NCBI GenBank assembly: GCA_016181105.1
Contig: JACOZX010000018.1
Coordinates: forward strand, 1 to 60,112
DNA: 60,112 nt
Direction of reading: 5' to 3'
Source of the DNA: Candidatus Yanofskybacteria bacterium
GTDB taxonomy: Bacteria > Patescibacteriota > Minisyncoccia > 2-02-FULL-40-12 > IGHO2-12-FULL-4
Below are positions 42,441 to 54,517 of the stretch, piece by piece (the first letter of the stretch is position 1; the number at the start of each line of letters is the position of its first letter). The translations under genes and the position numbers were made by a program. The notes beneath the pieces are model-generated. The model saw only the letters and a program-made list of their open reading frames with translations, did not search any database and was not told the origin of the DNA.

Positions 42441-43007
42441 ATGTCAGAAGGAGGGTTAATACAACTTCTTCCAGAAACAAGAAGAAAACTGGAAATTAAA
42501 CTTCCCGGAGAAAATCATCCGGTCTATTTGGCCGTTGGTTTTTTGGTTTTGGTTGCTTTATTGTTCGGCGGATTAAAAGTTTATTCATCTATTTTAAAAA
42601 ACAACTTAACGACTCTGGACGAAGAGGGGACTGCTTTAGAAAAAAGCAGGGACAGGGCTTTTGAGTCTGAACTTTTGGTTTTAAATAAGAGATTTGCTTT
42701 GTCATCAGGCTTGATAGACGGACATATCATCTGGTCCGAAGCTTTGGTCAAACTGCAGAACCTTATGCCCAAGCAGTCGCAGATGGATACTTTTTTTGCT
42801 GATACGCAAGCGCGCAAGATAGAACTCAAGGGCAGGGCCTCAAGTTATACCGTTATTGCCCAGCAAATCGCCAGCTTTTTATCGGAGGAAGCTGTTCTTG
42901 ATATTGACTTGAACAAAGTCAACAGCTTGTCCTCGGGTATGCTGGAGTATGATATGAAAATTATTTTTGATAAAAATAAGTTCTTGCTTTTTAAGAAGCA
43001 ACTTTAA
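42441..43007 (+). CDS. pilN: PilN-like bitopic pilus assembly protein
   Basis: 188 aa with a single TM segment after a short cytoplasmic N-terminus, positioned after pilM. Confidence 0.5.
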   Translation: MSEGGLIQLLPETRRKLEIKLPGENHPVYLAVGFLVLVALLFGGLKVYSSILKNNLTTLDEEGTALEKSRDRAFESELLVLNKRFALSSGLIDGHIIWSEALVKLQNLMPKQSQMDTFFADTQARKIELKGRASSYTVIAQQIASFLSEEAVLDIDLNKVNSLSSGMLEYDMKIIFDKNKFLLFKKQL

Positions 43008-43559
43008 ATGAACTATAAAAAATTAATTGCGGCAGGTTTGGTTGCTTTAGGCATTATTTTACTGCCGGTTTTGGTTGTATCTGAATACTACACGCTGACA
43101 GCGGTAAAAGGCGCCATCAGCGAAAAAAAGACAGCTTTGGACAAAAAGAAAGCGCTGATGGTCAAGATAGAAGACTTGAGAAACCAGACTAAAGAAAAAC
43201 ATACCGGTCTTGAGAAGTTGGCTACAGTTCTGCCGGAGGGCAAAGAAACCCATGAGGTTGTTGTTAATATTGAAGAAATGTCCAAACAAAGCGGAGTTGA
43301 ATTGAAAACACTTAAAACAGCGCTTATTCAGCAAGGCGGTACCAGCTCAAACGGGCCGAGATCCATGCAAGTTGAAGTCGGCGGTGCGGGCCAGTACCGA
43401 GCTATTTTAGACTTCATAAAACTGACAGAAAAAAACTTAAGGATTCTGGACATTCAGGAGTTCACCCTATCTTTGGATACTTCGGCCACAGCCGCCGGCG
43501 GGCTTAATTTTGCCGCTAAAATAAATACTTATTTTATAGAAAAACCTTTAACTCCCTAA
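43008..43559 (+). CDS. pilO: PilO-like bitopic pilus assembly protein
   Basis: 183 aa with a TM segment, then a coiled coil, then an alpha/beta domain. The start abuts the pilN stop. Confidence 0.5.
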   Translation: MNYKKLIAAGLVALGIILLPVLVVSEYYTLTAVKGAISEKKTALDKKKALMVKIEDLRNQTKEKHTGLEKLATVLPEGKETHEVVVNIEEMSKQSGVELKTLKTALIQQGGTSSNGPRSMQVEVGGAGQYRAILDFIKLTEKNLRILDIQEFTLSLDTSATAAGGLNFAAKINTYFIEKPLTP

Positions 43560-43567
43560 AATCATTT

Positions 43568-43852
43568 ATGTCCCAGACTATTAAATCAGATTCCGAGAAC
43601 TTGTTCATTGGTTTGATAATTTTCGCCGGATTGGCTATGGCTTACCTTTTTTACTCAAATCTTGTGCCGGCCGCTCCTTCTGATTTTTCAGCTCCGACTT
43701 CGGCTAGAGCCGAAATTGCTTCGGAAATTGAAACTATCAATTTAGATTTTTCCGTTCTTGACCATATTCTTTTCAAGCAATTAAAAGTTTTTGGAACTAT
43801 TCCGGTCAGTTCCGGCCAAACCGGCAGAGAAAACCCATTTGCCCCTTTTTAG
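43568..43852 (+). CDS. small membrane-anchored hypothetical protein of the pilus operon
   Basis: 94 aa with one TM segment. Confidence 0.45.
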   Translation: MSQTIKSDSENLFIGLIIFAGLAMAYLFYSNLVPAAPSDFSAPTSARAEIASEIETINLDFSVLDHILFKQLKVFGTIPVSSGQTGRENPFAPF

Positions 43853-43855
43853 CCA

Positions 43856-45631
43856 ATGATCAAAATTCCCCAGGTTCTTATTCAGGAGTTAGTAAAGAGA
43901 AATCTTGTTCCGGAGGAAAAAGTTGAGGAGTATACAAAACAGGCCCAGGACGAAAATAAAGATTTCGGAAGAATCTTGGTTGAACAAGGGCTTGTAAGCG
44001 AAGAAGATATTCTCAAGATTAAAGAAGAGGTTTACCGTCTGCCTGTTTTTGATTTGATTAAATCAAAGACGGAAATTAACTTAGAGCTTTCCAATCTTAT
44101 CTCGGAAGATATCATAAATTTCTATCACATAATTCCTTTTGCCAAAACGGACTCTGTTTTGAGAGTCGGCATTCTTAATCCGGAAGACATCAACGCCCTG
44201 GAAGCTTTAAAGTTTATAGGCGAAGACAAGGGTCTGGAGCTGGAAAGGTTTTTGATTAGTTATAAAGATTTTGACCGTCTTTTGCAGAGCTACTCATCTA
44301 TTACCAGCGAGGTTGGCGAGGCTTTGGAAGTTAAATCTGCCGGGGATGATGCTTCTAAACTCAAACTGGAAATTCCCAAAACCGGCTCTTTGGATCAGAT
44401 TACGGCTGACTCCCCGGTAACCAGAGTCGTTGCCATAATGGTTAAGCATGCGGTTGAGAATAAGGCTTCCGACATACACATTGAACCTCTTGAAAATACG
44501 ATTCGCGTTCGTTTCAGGATTGACGGTGTTTTGCAGTCAACACTTTCTTTGCCCAAGAACTTGCTTTCGGCAATTGTGACTAGGATTAAGATTTTATCCG
44601 AGATGAAAATTGATGAAACTCGCCTGCCGCAGGACGGGCGTTTCAGCACTTATTTGGACAGAAAGATTGATTTTAGAGTCTCTTCTCTGCCGACTCGGCA
44701 CGGCGAAAAGATAGTTATGCGTATTCTGGATCCTTTGGTCGGCAACATAGATCTTCCCGACCTCGGTCTTTTTGGCCGTTCTCTGGACTTGGTTTTAAAA
44801 AATATAGAGAAACCTTTTGGCCAGATTTTGATCACCGGTCCAACCGGTTCCGGCAAGAGCACCACCCTATACTCTATTTTGAGAAAATATAATAATGAAG
44901 GTATAAATATCATCACTTTAGAGGACCCGATTGAGTATTTTTTGGAGGGTATAAACCAGTCGCAGGTTCACGAAGAAATAGGTTACACCTTTGCCAATGG
45001 CCTGCGCCACATTTTGCGCCAAGACCCGGACGTTATAATGGTCGGTGAGATAAGAGACAGGGAGACTGCCGGACTGGCCACAAATTCCGCTCTTACCGGC
45101 CACGTGGTTTTGTCCACTTTGCACACCAACGATTCGGTTGGCGTAATTCCGAGGCTGATAGATATGGGTGTTGAAAAATATCTTATCGCTCCCACCTTAA
45201 ATCTGGCCATTGCCCAGAGGCTTTTGAGAAAGTTGTGTAAAAAGTGTAAAATTAAAACTAAGCCCAATGCCGCTGAAAAAAAGATTCTTGACCAGGCGAT
45301 TAAAAACATGCCGACAGCTTACAGAAAAGATTTGCCTTCGGAGACAGAGTTTATTTACAAGCCTTCGGAAAAAGGTTGCGGTGAGTGCAACGGCAAGGCT
45401 TATAAAGGCAGAATCGCTATTTTTGAAGTTTTGGAGATGACTGACGAGTTGGAGCAGATAATTTTGGGGCAGATTTCAGAGGCAAAGATCAGGGCAGAAG
45501 CGGCTCGGCAAAACATGATCTCAATGTTTCAAGACGGTGTTATCAAAGTCTTGAAAGGCATAACTTCTCTGGAGGAGCTTCTGGAAACAGCTCAAGAGCA
45601 GGAAGTTGAGGAAGAAAAATTTAAAGTTTAA
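43856..45631 (+). CDS. pilB: type IV pilus extension ATPase PilB (GspE family)
   Basis: GPTGSGKSTTLYS, a GspE N-domain and a tetracysteine motif (CKKC..CGEC). Confidence 0.9.
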   Translation: MIKIPQVLIQELVKRNLVPEEKVEEYTKQAQDENKDFGRILVEQGLVSEEDILKIKEEVYRLPVFDLIKSKTEINLELSNLISEDIINFYHIIPFAKTDSVLRVGILNPEDINALEALKFIGEDKGLELERFLISYKDFDRLLQSYSSITSEVGEALEVKSAGDDASKLKLEIPKTGSLDQITADSPVTRVVAIMVKHAVENKASDIHIEPLENTIRVRFRIDGVLQSTLSLPKNLLSAIVTRIKILSEMKIDETRLPQDGRFSTYLDRKIDFRVSSLPTRHGEKIVMRILDPLVGNIDLPDLGLFGRSLDLVLKNIEKPFGQILITGPTGSGKSTTLYSILRKYNNEGINIITLEDPIEYFLEGINQSQVHEEIGYTFANGLRHILRQDPDVIMVGEIRDRETAGLATNSALTGHVVLSTLHTNDSVGVIPRLIDMGVEKYLIAPTLNLAIAQRLLRKLCKKCKIKTKPNAAEKKILDQAIKNMPTAYRKDLPSETEFIYKPSEKGCGECNGKAYKGRIAIFEVLEMTDELEQIILGQISEAKIRAEAARQNMISMFQDGVIKVLKGITSLEELLETAQEQEVEEEKFKV

Positions 45632-45642
45632 ATTATAATTTT

Positions 45643-46719
45643 ATGAAAGACATTGCAATTTACAAAAGTGAAATTAACGAATTGCTTCTGCTCCTAGCCC
45701 AAGAGCAGGGTTCGGACATTCATCTTTCTCCGGGTGTTTTTCCGACTATCAGAGTTGATGGCAGACTCATATCCCTGACCAATAGAAGCATTTTAGATTC
45801 TGAAACGATCGAGGGCTATGCTACGGCTCTAATCGGTGAAGAAAGAAAAGCCAGGTTTTTACAGGAAAAGGAAGCAGACTTTTCCTATACCGTGGAAGAA
45901 AAGGGCAGGTTCAGAATGAATATCTATATGAGTAAAGGCAGTTTTGCCATTACCGGCCGCAACATACCTTTTGAAATCAGGACTATTGAAGAATTAAAAT
46001 TGCCCAAGATATTAAAATTTTTCAGCCAACTGTCTCAAGGCTTTGTTTTAATAGTCGGGCCCAATGGTCATGGCAAATCTACAACTTTAGCGGCGCTGAT
46101 TAACCTGATTAACAAGGAAAGGGTAGAAAAAATCATTACCATTGAAGATCCGATTGAATACCTGTTTACTTCCGACAAAAGCATTATTGACCAAAGAGAG
46201 GTTTATCGCGACACAAACTCATTTGCCAACGCTTTGCGGGCCACCTTCAGAGAAAATGTCAATGTTATCATGGTGGGGGAGTTGCGGGATTATGAAACCA
46301 TGAGCGCCGCTGTTTCAGCGGCCGAAACGGGCCACTTGGTTTTTGCTTCTTTGCACACCAACAATGCCGCCCAAACGATAGAAAGAATTATAGACAGTTT
46401 TCCGCCGGCCCAACAGCCGCAGATCATTTCCCAGTTGGCGAACACGGTTTCAGGCATTATTTCGCAAAGACTGATTCCTTCAACAAAGGGCGGGCTGATT
46501 CCGGCGGTGGAAGTTTTAATTGCCAACTCGGCTGTCAGGAACTTAATCAGAGAGAATAAGGCGGAACAGCTGAACGTGGTGATTGATACAAATGAAGAAG
46601 TTGGCATGATTTCAATGAATAAGTCTCTGGCCGGCTTAGTCAAAAAAGGAGAAATCTCACAAGAACAGGCTGAATTTTTCTCTCTAAATCCCAAAGAACT
46701 AAAACTACTGCTTAAATAA
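45643..46719 (+). CDS. pilT: type IV pilus retraction ATPase PilT
   Basis: 358 aa with GPNGHGKSTT and AETGHLVFASLHTN. Confidence 0.9.
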   Translation: MKDIAIYKSEINELLLLLAQEQGSDIHLSPGVFPTIRVDGRLISLTNRSILDSETIEGYATALIGEERKARFLQEKEADFSYTVEEKGRFRMNIYMSKGSFAITGRNIPFEIRTIEELKLPKILKFFSQLSQGFVLIVGPNGHGKSTTLAALINLINKERVEKIITIEDPIEYLFTSDKSIIDQREVYRDTNSFANALRATFRENVNVIMVGELRDYETMSAAVSAAETGHLVFASLHTNNAAQTIERIIDSFPPAQQPQIISQLANTVSGIISQRLIPSTKGGLIPAVEVLIANSAVRNLIRENKAEQLNVVIDTNEEVGMISMNKSLAGLVKKGEISQEQAEFFSLNPKELKLLLK

Positions 46720-46748
46720 GCGGATTTACAAGTTGTTAATTTTTAACT

Positions 46749-47963
46749 ATGTCCCAGTTTACTTATGAAGCAAAAGATAAAGAGGGGAAGTTGATTAACG
46801 GCGTCATAGATGCCTTGTCTGAAGATGCGGCTGTTGAAACCCTTCACGACAAGGGTTTTGTTATTTTAAGTCTTGTTGCCGTAGAGAGAGGCTTGTTTAA
46901 AGGCGGTGACATCAACTCTTTTTTGGTCAAGCCAAACAAAAAAGATGTTACTGTTTTTACAAGGCAGCTGGCGACAATTATTGCCGCTGACATTCCTTTG
47001 ATTGAGGGCTTGGAAACCATCGCCAGTCAGGCGGAAAAAGAAAGTTTTGCCAGAATCGTAAAAGAGATGGCCGAGGCTATCAGGGGCGGTAGCTCGCTTT
47101 CAACTGCCGTCTCAAAACAACCCAAACTTTTTGGCGATTTTTACGTCAGTTTGGTCAAATCCGGAGAGGTATCCGGCCGGTTAGAGAAAACACTGAATTA
47201 TCTGGCTGACTATCTGGAAAGAAGCCAGAGTCTCAACTCTAAAATAAGGGGAGCGATGGCTTATCCGATGTTTATAGTTTTTGCTTTGGGCATTGTCGGT
47301 TTTATCATGATGACCTTTGTTTTGCCGAAGTTGTTGAGCATTCTTACTGAATCCGGGGTGGAAGACATACCCATAATCACCAGAGTTCTTATTAAGCTTA
47401 CCAATTTTGTCAACAACTATATTCTACTGGTTCTTTTTTCCTTAATTTTTTTGGCTTGGTTTACCAGACAGTATGTCAGAACAAAAACGGGGAAATATAA
47501 AATTGACCGTTTGAAAATAAGTTTTCCCCGCTTGGGCGTTATCGCCCGTAACATCTATATTGCCCGCATGTCGGAGACTCTTTCAACTTTGGTCAAGGCC
47601 GGAGTGCCCATACTGGAAGGGCTTAGAATTACCTCTGAAATAGTCGGAAACTTTATTTTCAGAGACATGCTTTTGGAAGCGGAAAAAAACGTTAGAAACG
47701 GCGGGAGCATATCGGCCGTTTTGACGGCGCACAAAGACATTCCCAAACTTGTTTCTTCAATGCTGGCCATAGGAGAGAAGACCGGTAAGACAGATTTTAT
47801 GCTTGATAATATATATAACTTTTATAATGCCGAGGCCGAAAGAGATATACAAAATCTTTCCCAGTTGATTGAGCCGATTCTGATTTTGCTTCTGGGTGTT
47901 GGCGCCGGGCTTTTGGTGGCCGGTATACTTTTACCGATATTCAGTCTGGTGGGGGCGGCGTAA
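46749..47963 (+). CDS. pilC: type IV pilus platform protein PilC (GspF family)
   Basis: 404 aa with a duplicated T2SS-F domain and 3 TM segments. Confidence 0.9.
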   Translation: MSQFTYEAKDKEGKLINGVIDALSEDAAVETLHDKGFVILSLVAVERGLFKGGDINSFLVKPNKKDVTVFTRQLATIIAADIPLIEGLETIASQAEKESFARIVKEMAEAIRGGSSLSTAVSKQPKLFGDFYVSLVKSGEVSGRLEKTLNYLADYLERSQSLNSKIRGAMAYPMFIVFALGIVGFIMMTFVLPKLLSILTESGVEDIPIITRVLIKLTNFVNNYILLVLFSLIFLAWFTRQYVRTKTGKYKIDRLKISFPRLGVIARNIYIARMSETLSTLVKAGVPILEGLRITSEIVGNFIFRDMLLEAEKNVRNGGSISAVLTAHKDIPKLVSSMLAIGEKTGKTDFMLDNIYNFYNAEAERDIQNLSQLIEPILILLLGVGAGLLVAGILLPIFSLVGAA

Positions 47964-48093
47964 TGTTGATAACTTTTATTTGTAAACCTTGTCATTTATT
48001 ATAGACTTTCATTATATTCTAATTTAAGAAACGACAATCAATAAACTCAAGTAATTTCGATTGCTCTTGTTTGTTGACTTACCGTTATTTTTA

Positions 48094-48645
48094 ATGAAAA
48101 GAAGTTTTAAACCAAGCAGTTCTACTGCTTTATCGCGCGGTTTCACTTTGGTTGAGTTGTTGGTCGTTATCGCCATAATCGGTATTTTGGCGACTTTACT
48201 GTTGTTGCAATTAGGTACGGCTCGTTCCAAAGCCAGAGACGCGACCAGAATTGCCCATGTCAATCAAGTCCGCACCGGGGTTGAGTTTTACTTTGACGAC
48301 AACGGTAAGTTTTTTGATTCTACTACCATGGGTCCTCTTGCTCCTAAGTATCTTACGCAATTACCCAGAGACCCTCTTGCTTCTGATTGCACTAACAATG
48401 TTTATGACGGCCGGGTTAGCGGCGCGGCCCAGTGTTACGGTTATGCTTGGAGCGGCTCCGGTCCTATCAGGTATTTTGTTTGGGCTGAACTGGAAGTTTG
48501 GGCCAAAGCTCTTGACCAAGATTTGGATCTTGACACAAGCGGTTGGAGCGGAGCAGGATCGGCGGCGACCGGGGTGGCTACCGAGAAAACCCAATGCACT
48601 GCCGCCGCCATTAATGACTGTATTTATGGCCAAGGACAGCCGTAG
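48094..48645 (+). CDS. type IV pilin (probable major pilin)
   Basis: Class III signal [33 protein letters not shown], followed by a strong terminator. Confidence 0.85.
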   Translation: MKRSFKPSSSTALSRGFTLVELLVVIAIIGILATLLLLQLGTARSKARDATRIAHVNQVRTGVEFYFDDNGKFFDSTTMGPLAPKYLTQLPRDPLASDCTNNVYDGRVSGAAQCYGYAWSGSGPIRYFVWAELEVWAKALDQDLDLDTSGWSGAGSAATGVATEKTQCTAAAINDCIYGQGQP

Positions 48646-48683
48646 GAAGTGTAAAGTATAAAGTTTAAAATTATTGTTATCAT

Positions 48684-48704
48684 AAAACCGCCTTAGGCGG
48701 TTTT
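48684..48704 (+). terminator. rho-independent terminator after the pilin gene
   Basis: AAAACCGCC-tta-GGCGGTTTT. Confidence 0.7.
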
Positions 48705-48720
48705 ATGATATAATTGCCAA

Positions 48721-49533
48721 ATGACGGGGACTACGGTTTTCTTATTTGGTTTGGCGGTTGGCAGTTTTTTGAATGTTTTGATACATCGTTTGCCACGCGG
48801 AGAAAATTTTGTCAGTGGCAGGTCAAAATGTTCTAATTGCCATACAGTTTTAAGGTGGTTTGACCTAGTTCCTCTTTTCAGCTTCATTTTTTTGAAAGGC
48901 CGATGTCGTTATTGCAGGGAGAGAGTATCCGGGCGGTACCTTTTTGTGGAAATATTAACAGGTTGCCTGTTTTTGGCATTATTTTTTTTGCGTCGGCCTG
49001 ACAGTTTTTACGGTTACCTAGACCTTTCTTTTTGGCTGTTTGCTTCTTCGCTGCTGTTGGTTTTAGCCTTTATTGACTTGGATTATCTTATTATTTTTGA
49101 TAAAATATTGTTAGTTTTAGTTCTTATTACGTTTTTATATCAGGTCTTCGGGAAATATGTCGTCCAATTGGAGCCGGCGATTGTCGGAGGAACTTTTAAC
49201 ATAAACCACAATCTGTTGACCGCCTTTCTGTCCGGCCTGGTCTTTCTTTTAATTTTTTGGGTCACGAGAGGCAAGGGTATAGGATTGGGAGATGTAAAGT
49301 TAATTTTCGTTCTAGGTTTTTTGTTTGGTTTCCCCGGCATCTTAATTGTCGTTTACCTTTCTTTATTTGCGGGCACGATTTGGGGCTTGGCGCTTATTTT
49401 ATTTTTCGGTGCCTCAATGAAGTCAAGAATTGCTTTCGGCTTTGTTCTGGTTAACTCTGCCATTATCTTTATACTTTTTAACCAATTTTTAACAACAAAG
49501 TTTACGCCTTATATTATCAGATTATATCTATAA
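48721..49533 (+). CDS. pilD: prepilin peptidase (A24 family)
   Basis: The Cys motif CSNC..CRYC and multiple TM segments with GLGDVKL. Confidence 0.85.
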   Translation: MTGTTVFLFGLAVGSFLNVLIHRLPRGENFVSGRSKCSNCHTVLRWFDLVPLFSFIFLKGRCRYCRERVSGRYLFVEILTGCLFLALFFLRRPDSFYGYLDLSFWLFASSLLLVLAFIDLDYLIIFDKILLVLVLITFLYQVFGKYVVQLEPAIVGGTFNINHNLLTAFLSGLVFLLIFWVTRGKGIGLGDVKLIFVLGFLFGFPGILIVVYLSLFAGTIWGLALILFFGASMKSRIAFGFVLVNSAIIFILFNQFLTTKFTPYIIRLYL

Positions 49534-49599
49534 GAGGCCGGAAAAGAGGCCGTAATTGATTACTGCTTTTAACAAAAACAACGAAAGAGATTTTAATTA

Positions 49600-49672
49600 G
49601 AACCGAAGCGAGCGCCTCTTTTGCAGTCGACGGCGACAGTCCGACGCAAAAAAGAGGCGCTCGCGAAGGTTC
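49600..49672 (+). repeat. B-type hairpin element (copy 1)
   Basis: GAACCGAAGCGAGCGCCTCTTTT-GCAGTCGACGGCGACAGTCCGACGC-AAAAAAGAGGCGCTCGCGAAGGTTC. Confidence 0.85.
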
Positions 49673-49680
49673 GCACTAGT

Positions 49681-50142
49681 TTGAAAAAAGAAAATAACAA
49701 GAAAAAAATTAAATACTACCTGATTCTCATTGGTATCTGTCTGGGACTTTTGCTTTTTCTGGACCTGTTTACTTTAAACTCCAACATTTTCAACCTTAAA
49801 GGGAGTGTTCGGACGATGGATTTTAAGAAGACGGCGGAAATTAGAATTACCGGTCTGAAAGGGGACGCCCGGGCTTTTTCCGGAGAGGTTGTTAAGGGCA
49901 TGACTATCCTTGATGCTCTTCTTGCGTCCGCTGAAAGCGCCAACTTTAGAGTGGAGTATTTGATTGAAAAAGAAAATTTGGAAAACCTTTTAATAAACGG
50001 TTTGTCTGATTCTTTGTCTGTGGCTTGGCAGGCTTACCTTAACGGCAAGTCAGTTAATATCAAAAACCTGAATTCTATTAAAATAAAAAGCGGGGACTTG
50101 ATGGAGTTTAAACTCAAACCTGCCGGAAATGAAAGCAAATAA
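49681..50142 (+). CDS. hypothetical membrane-anchored protein (start uncertain; the listed ORF begins at 49621 inside repeat B1)
   Basis: A TTG at 49681 gives MKKENNKKKIKYYLILIGICLGLLLF.., i.e. a TM anchor plus a soluble domain. Confidence 0.45.
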   Translation: MKKENNKKKIKYYLILIGICLGLLLFLDLFTLNSNIFNLKGSVRTMDFKKTAEIRITGLKGDARAFSGEVVKGMTILDALLASAESANFRVEYLIEKENLENLLINGLSDSLSVAWQAYLNGKSVNIKNLNSIKIKSGDLMEFKLKPAGNESK

Positions 50143-50671
50143 AAAAATTGCCGGTTTTACTTTAATTGAAGTGCTTGTTGTTACCCTCTTGGTGGGTGTT
50201 TTTTCCACGATTTTACTGATAAACTTAAGGGGTTTTTCCACTAACCCCGTGATTTTGGAGCGGGCGGCTTTGGGGGTGATTTCGGATATAAGGAGGGCTC
50301 AAGCCTTATCCATTGCCGGGGTCTCCTTTCAGGGGACATCAGTCTGTGGTTATGGTATTCATTATCTTACCGGCGGAACTTACCTGATTTACGCCGGAGG
50401 AGAGTCAACCTGTGGTACGGCAAACCGTAACTACCAAAGTGTTCAGGATTTTAGTTATCAGCAAATCAAATTCAAAGAAGATAACATTGAATTTCGTTCT
50501 TCTTTTGACGATGTTTTTTTTGAACCGCCGGATCCGAAGACTTATATAGACAATCAATTTTCTCTCTCCTCCTCGCCCCTGACTATTACAGTTAAGTTTA
50601 AGGGCTACAATTGTCCGTCTTATTGCAAAACTATCTCCGTTTATCCTTCCGGTAAAATTGATCTTAATTAA
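50129..50671 (+). CDS. minor pilin (GspH/FimT-like)
   Basis: MKANKKIAG/FTLIEVLVV. Confidence 0.75.
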   Translation: MKANKKIAGFTLIEVLVVTLLVGVFSTILLINLRGFSTNPVILERAALGVISDIRRAQALSIAGVSFQGTSVCGYGIHYLTGGTYLIYAGGESTCGTANRNYQSVQDFSYQQIKFKEDNIEFRSSFDDVFFEPPDPKTYIDNQFSLSSSPLTITVKFKGYNCPSYCKTISVYPSGKIDLN

Positions 50672-50699
50672 ATGTCAACAAGGAAACCAATTTTAGTTA

Positions 50700-50838
50700 G
50701 AACCGAAGCGAGCGCCTCTTTTGCAGTTTCTCGTCGAAGGTTCCGATCGGCCGAATCCGAAGGATTCATAGCCGATAAATCGGAATCGATGTTGGCGGCG
50801 ACAGTCCGAAGCAAAAAAAGAGGCGCTCGCGAAGGTTC
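50700..50838 (+). repeat. B-type hairpin element (copy 2) with an ~85-nt extra insert in the loop
   Basis: The arms match copy 1. The loop additionally carries nested hairpins (GAATCC-gaa-GGATTC, CCGAT-aa-ATCGG). Confidence 0.85.
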
Positions 50839-51310
50839 GCACAACGAGGGTTTTACACTGATAGAACTGATTGCCACTCTTTTGGTTTTAATTGCGGTTG
50901 TTCAGGTTTTTATTTTAATAGCCGGCGACATCAGCAGTTCTTCTTTGGTGCGGGACAACCTGATTGCCGCCAATCTGACGCAGGAGGGGATAGAAGTTGC
51001 CCGCAACATAAGAGACCGGGACTGGTTCTTGGGTAACAGTTTTGGAGCTTCTCTGCCAGACGGCACCTGGAGGGTCCAATGGAACTCAACCTCTCTCCTC
51101 GCTTTGGATACGAATCCTGTTTTAAAAAAAGATACAGTCTCCGGGTTTTTTAGTTATGATACCGGCGCGGACACTATTTTTAAAAGAACGGTTTCAATAA
51201 CGGCAATTTCATCTCAAGAGATTAGAATTACCTCTACCGTTACCTGGGATTTTAAAAATTCGTTCAAAAACATAACCGCGGAAGAACATCTTTTTAACTG
51301 GTTTAAATAG
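50789..51310 (+). CDS. minor pilin (PilV-like); the leader peptide is encoded by repeat B2 (alternative start 50672)
   Basis: MLAATVRSKKRGAREGSHNEG/FTLIELIATLLVL. Confidence 0.65.
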   Translation: MLAATVRSKKRGAREGSHNEGFTLIELIATLLVLIAVVQVFILIAGDISSSSLVRDNLIAANLTQEGIEVARNIRDRDWFLGNSFGASLPDGTWRVQWNSTSLLALDTNPVLKKDTVSGFFSYDTGADTIFKRTVSITAISSQEIRITSTVTWDFKNSFKNITAEEHLFNWFK

Positions 51311-51313
51311 TCT

Positions 51314-51868
51314 ATGAAAAACAGGCAAAAGATAAAACATATTTCAAAACCGGACTTAAAAAAAGAGGCGGGTTTTTCTCTGATTGAATTTTTGGCCGCG
51401 ATTACCTTGGGGGCTATTGCTATAATGTTGATTAGCGGTATTTTTGTACAAACACTGCGTTTACAAAGAAAAGCCTTTTTTATCCAAAGAGTTCAGGAAA
51501 ACATCGGTCTTGTTCTGGAAGCTATGGCCAAAGAGATCAGAGTCAGTACGATTGCCACAGCCAATACCGGCTGTCCGCTTGCTCCGGTTCAGCTTTTAAC
51601 CATGACACATCCGGTTAACGGCAATTTAGAGTATTCTTTGTCCGGCGGAGCAATTCATCGCAGGGCGGTTGACTCTAATACAGATACGACCCTTAGTTCA
51701 AGCGGAATTTCGGTAACTCGTTTAGGTTTTTGTATCAGCGGCAATGCTTTGGATGACGGCTTACAGCCCAGAGTTACTATTTTGCTTTCAGTTCAAAACA
51801 GCAATGGCACAGAAATTATTCCAATTGACGTACAGACCACAGTTTCGCAGAGGTTATTAAGCGATTGA
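51314..51868 (+). CDS. minor pilin (PilW-like)
   Basis: ..LKKEAG/FSLIEFLAAITLGAIAIML. Confidence 0.7.
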   Translation: MKNRQKIKHISKPDLKKEAGFSLIEFLAAITLGAIAIMLISGIFVQTLRLQRKAFFIQRVQENIGLVLEAMAKEIRVSTIATANTGCPLAPVQLLTMTHPVNGNLEYSLSGGAIHRRAVDSNTDTTLSSSGISVTRLGFCISGNALDDGLQPRVTILLSVQNSNGTEIIPIDVQTTVSQRLLSD

Positions 51869-52218
51869 TAATTACAATGAAAAAAAATAAAAATCAGGAC
51901 GGTCAGATATTGATTTTCGCTATGATTATTCTGGGTATCATGGTTTTGACAGCCATATCTTTACAGGCAATTCTTATCCCCAAGTTGAGACTGTCTGCTG
52001 AAGTGAAAAATTCAGTCGGCGCGGCTTTTGCGGCAGAAAGCGGTTTGGAGTGGTGTTTGTACAACAACCAAGTTTCACCATCACCCACGCCCTGGCCTCC
52101 ACCGGTTATGGCCAACGGCGCGACATTTCAGGTTACACCGGCCGACTGCAGTGGAACCAATTTGAAATCAACGGGGACATACAGGGGGGTAGTCAGATCT
52201 TTTGAAGTTAACTTTTAG
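51865..52218 (+). CDS. PilX-like small membrane-anchored pilus protein
   Basis: 117 aa with DGQILIFAMIILGIMVLTAISL. Confidence 0.5.
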   Translation: MIITMKKNKNQDGQILIFAMIILGIMVLTAISLQAILIPKLRLSAEVKNSVGAAFAAESGLEWCLYNNQVSPSPTPWPPPVMANGATFQVTPADCSGTNLKSTGTYRGVVRSFEVNF

Positions 52219-52221
52219 CTA

Positions 52222-54458
<2,237 letters not shown>

Positions 54459-54517
54459 AGTGCTATGCTTTGTCAGGCTTAAATGAGCCTTCGCACTTTT
54501 TAAAACAGGAGAAAGAA

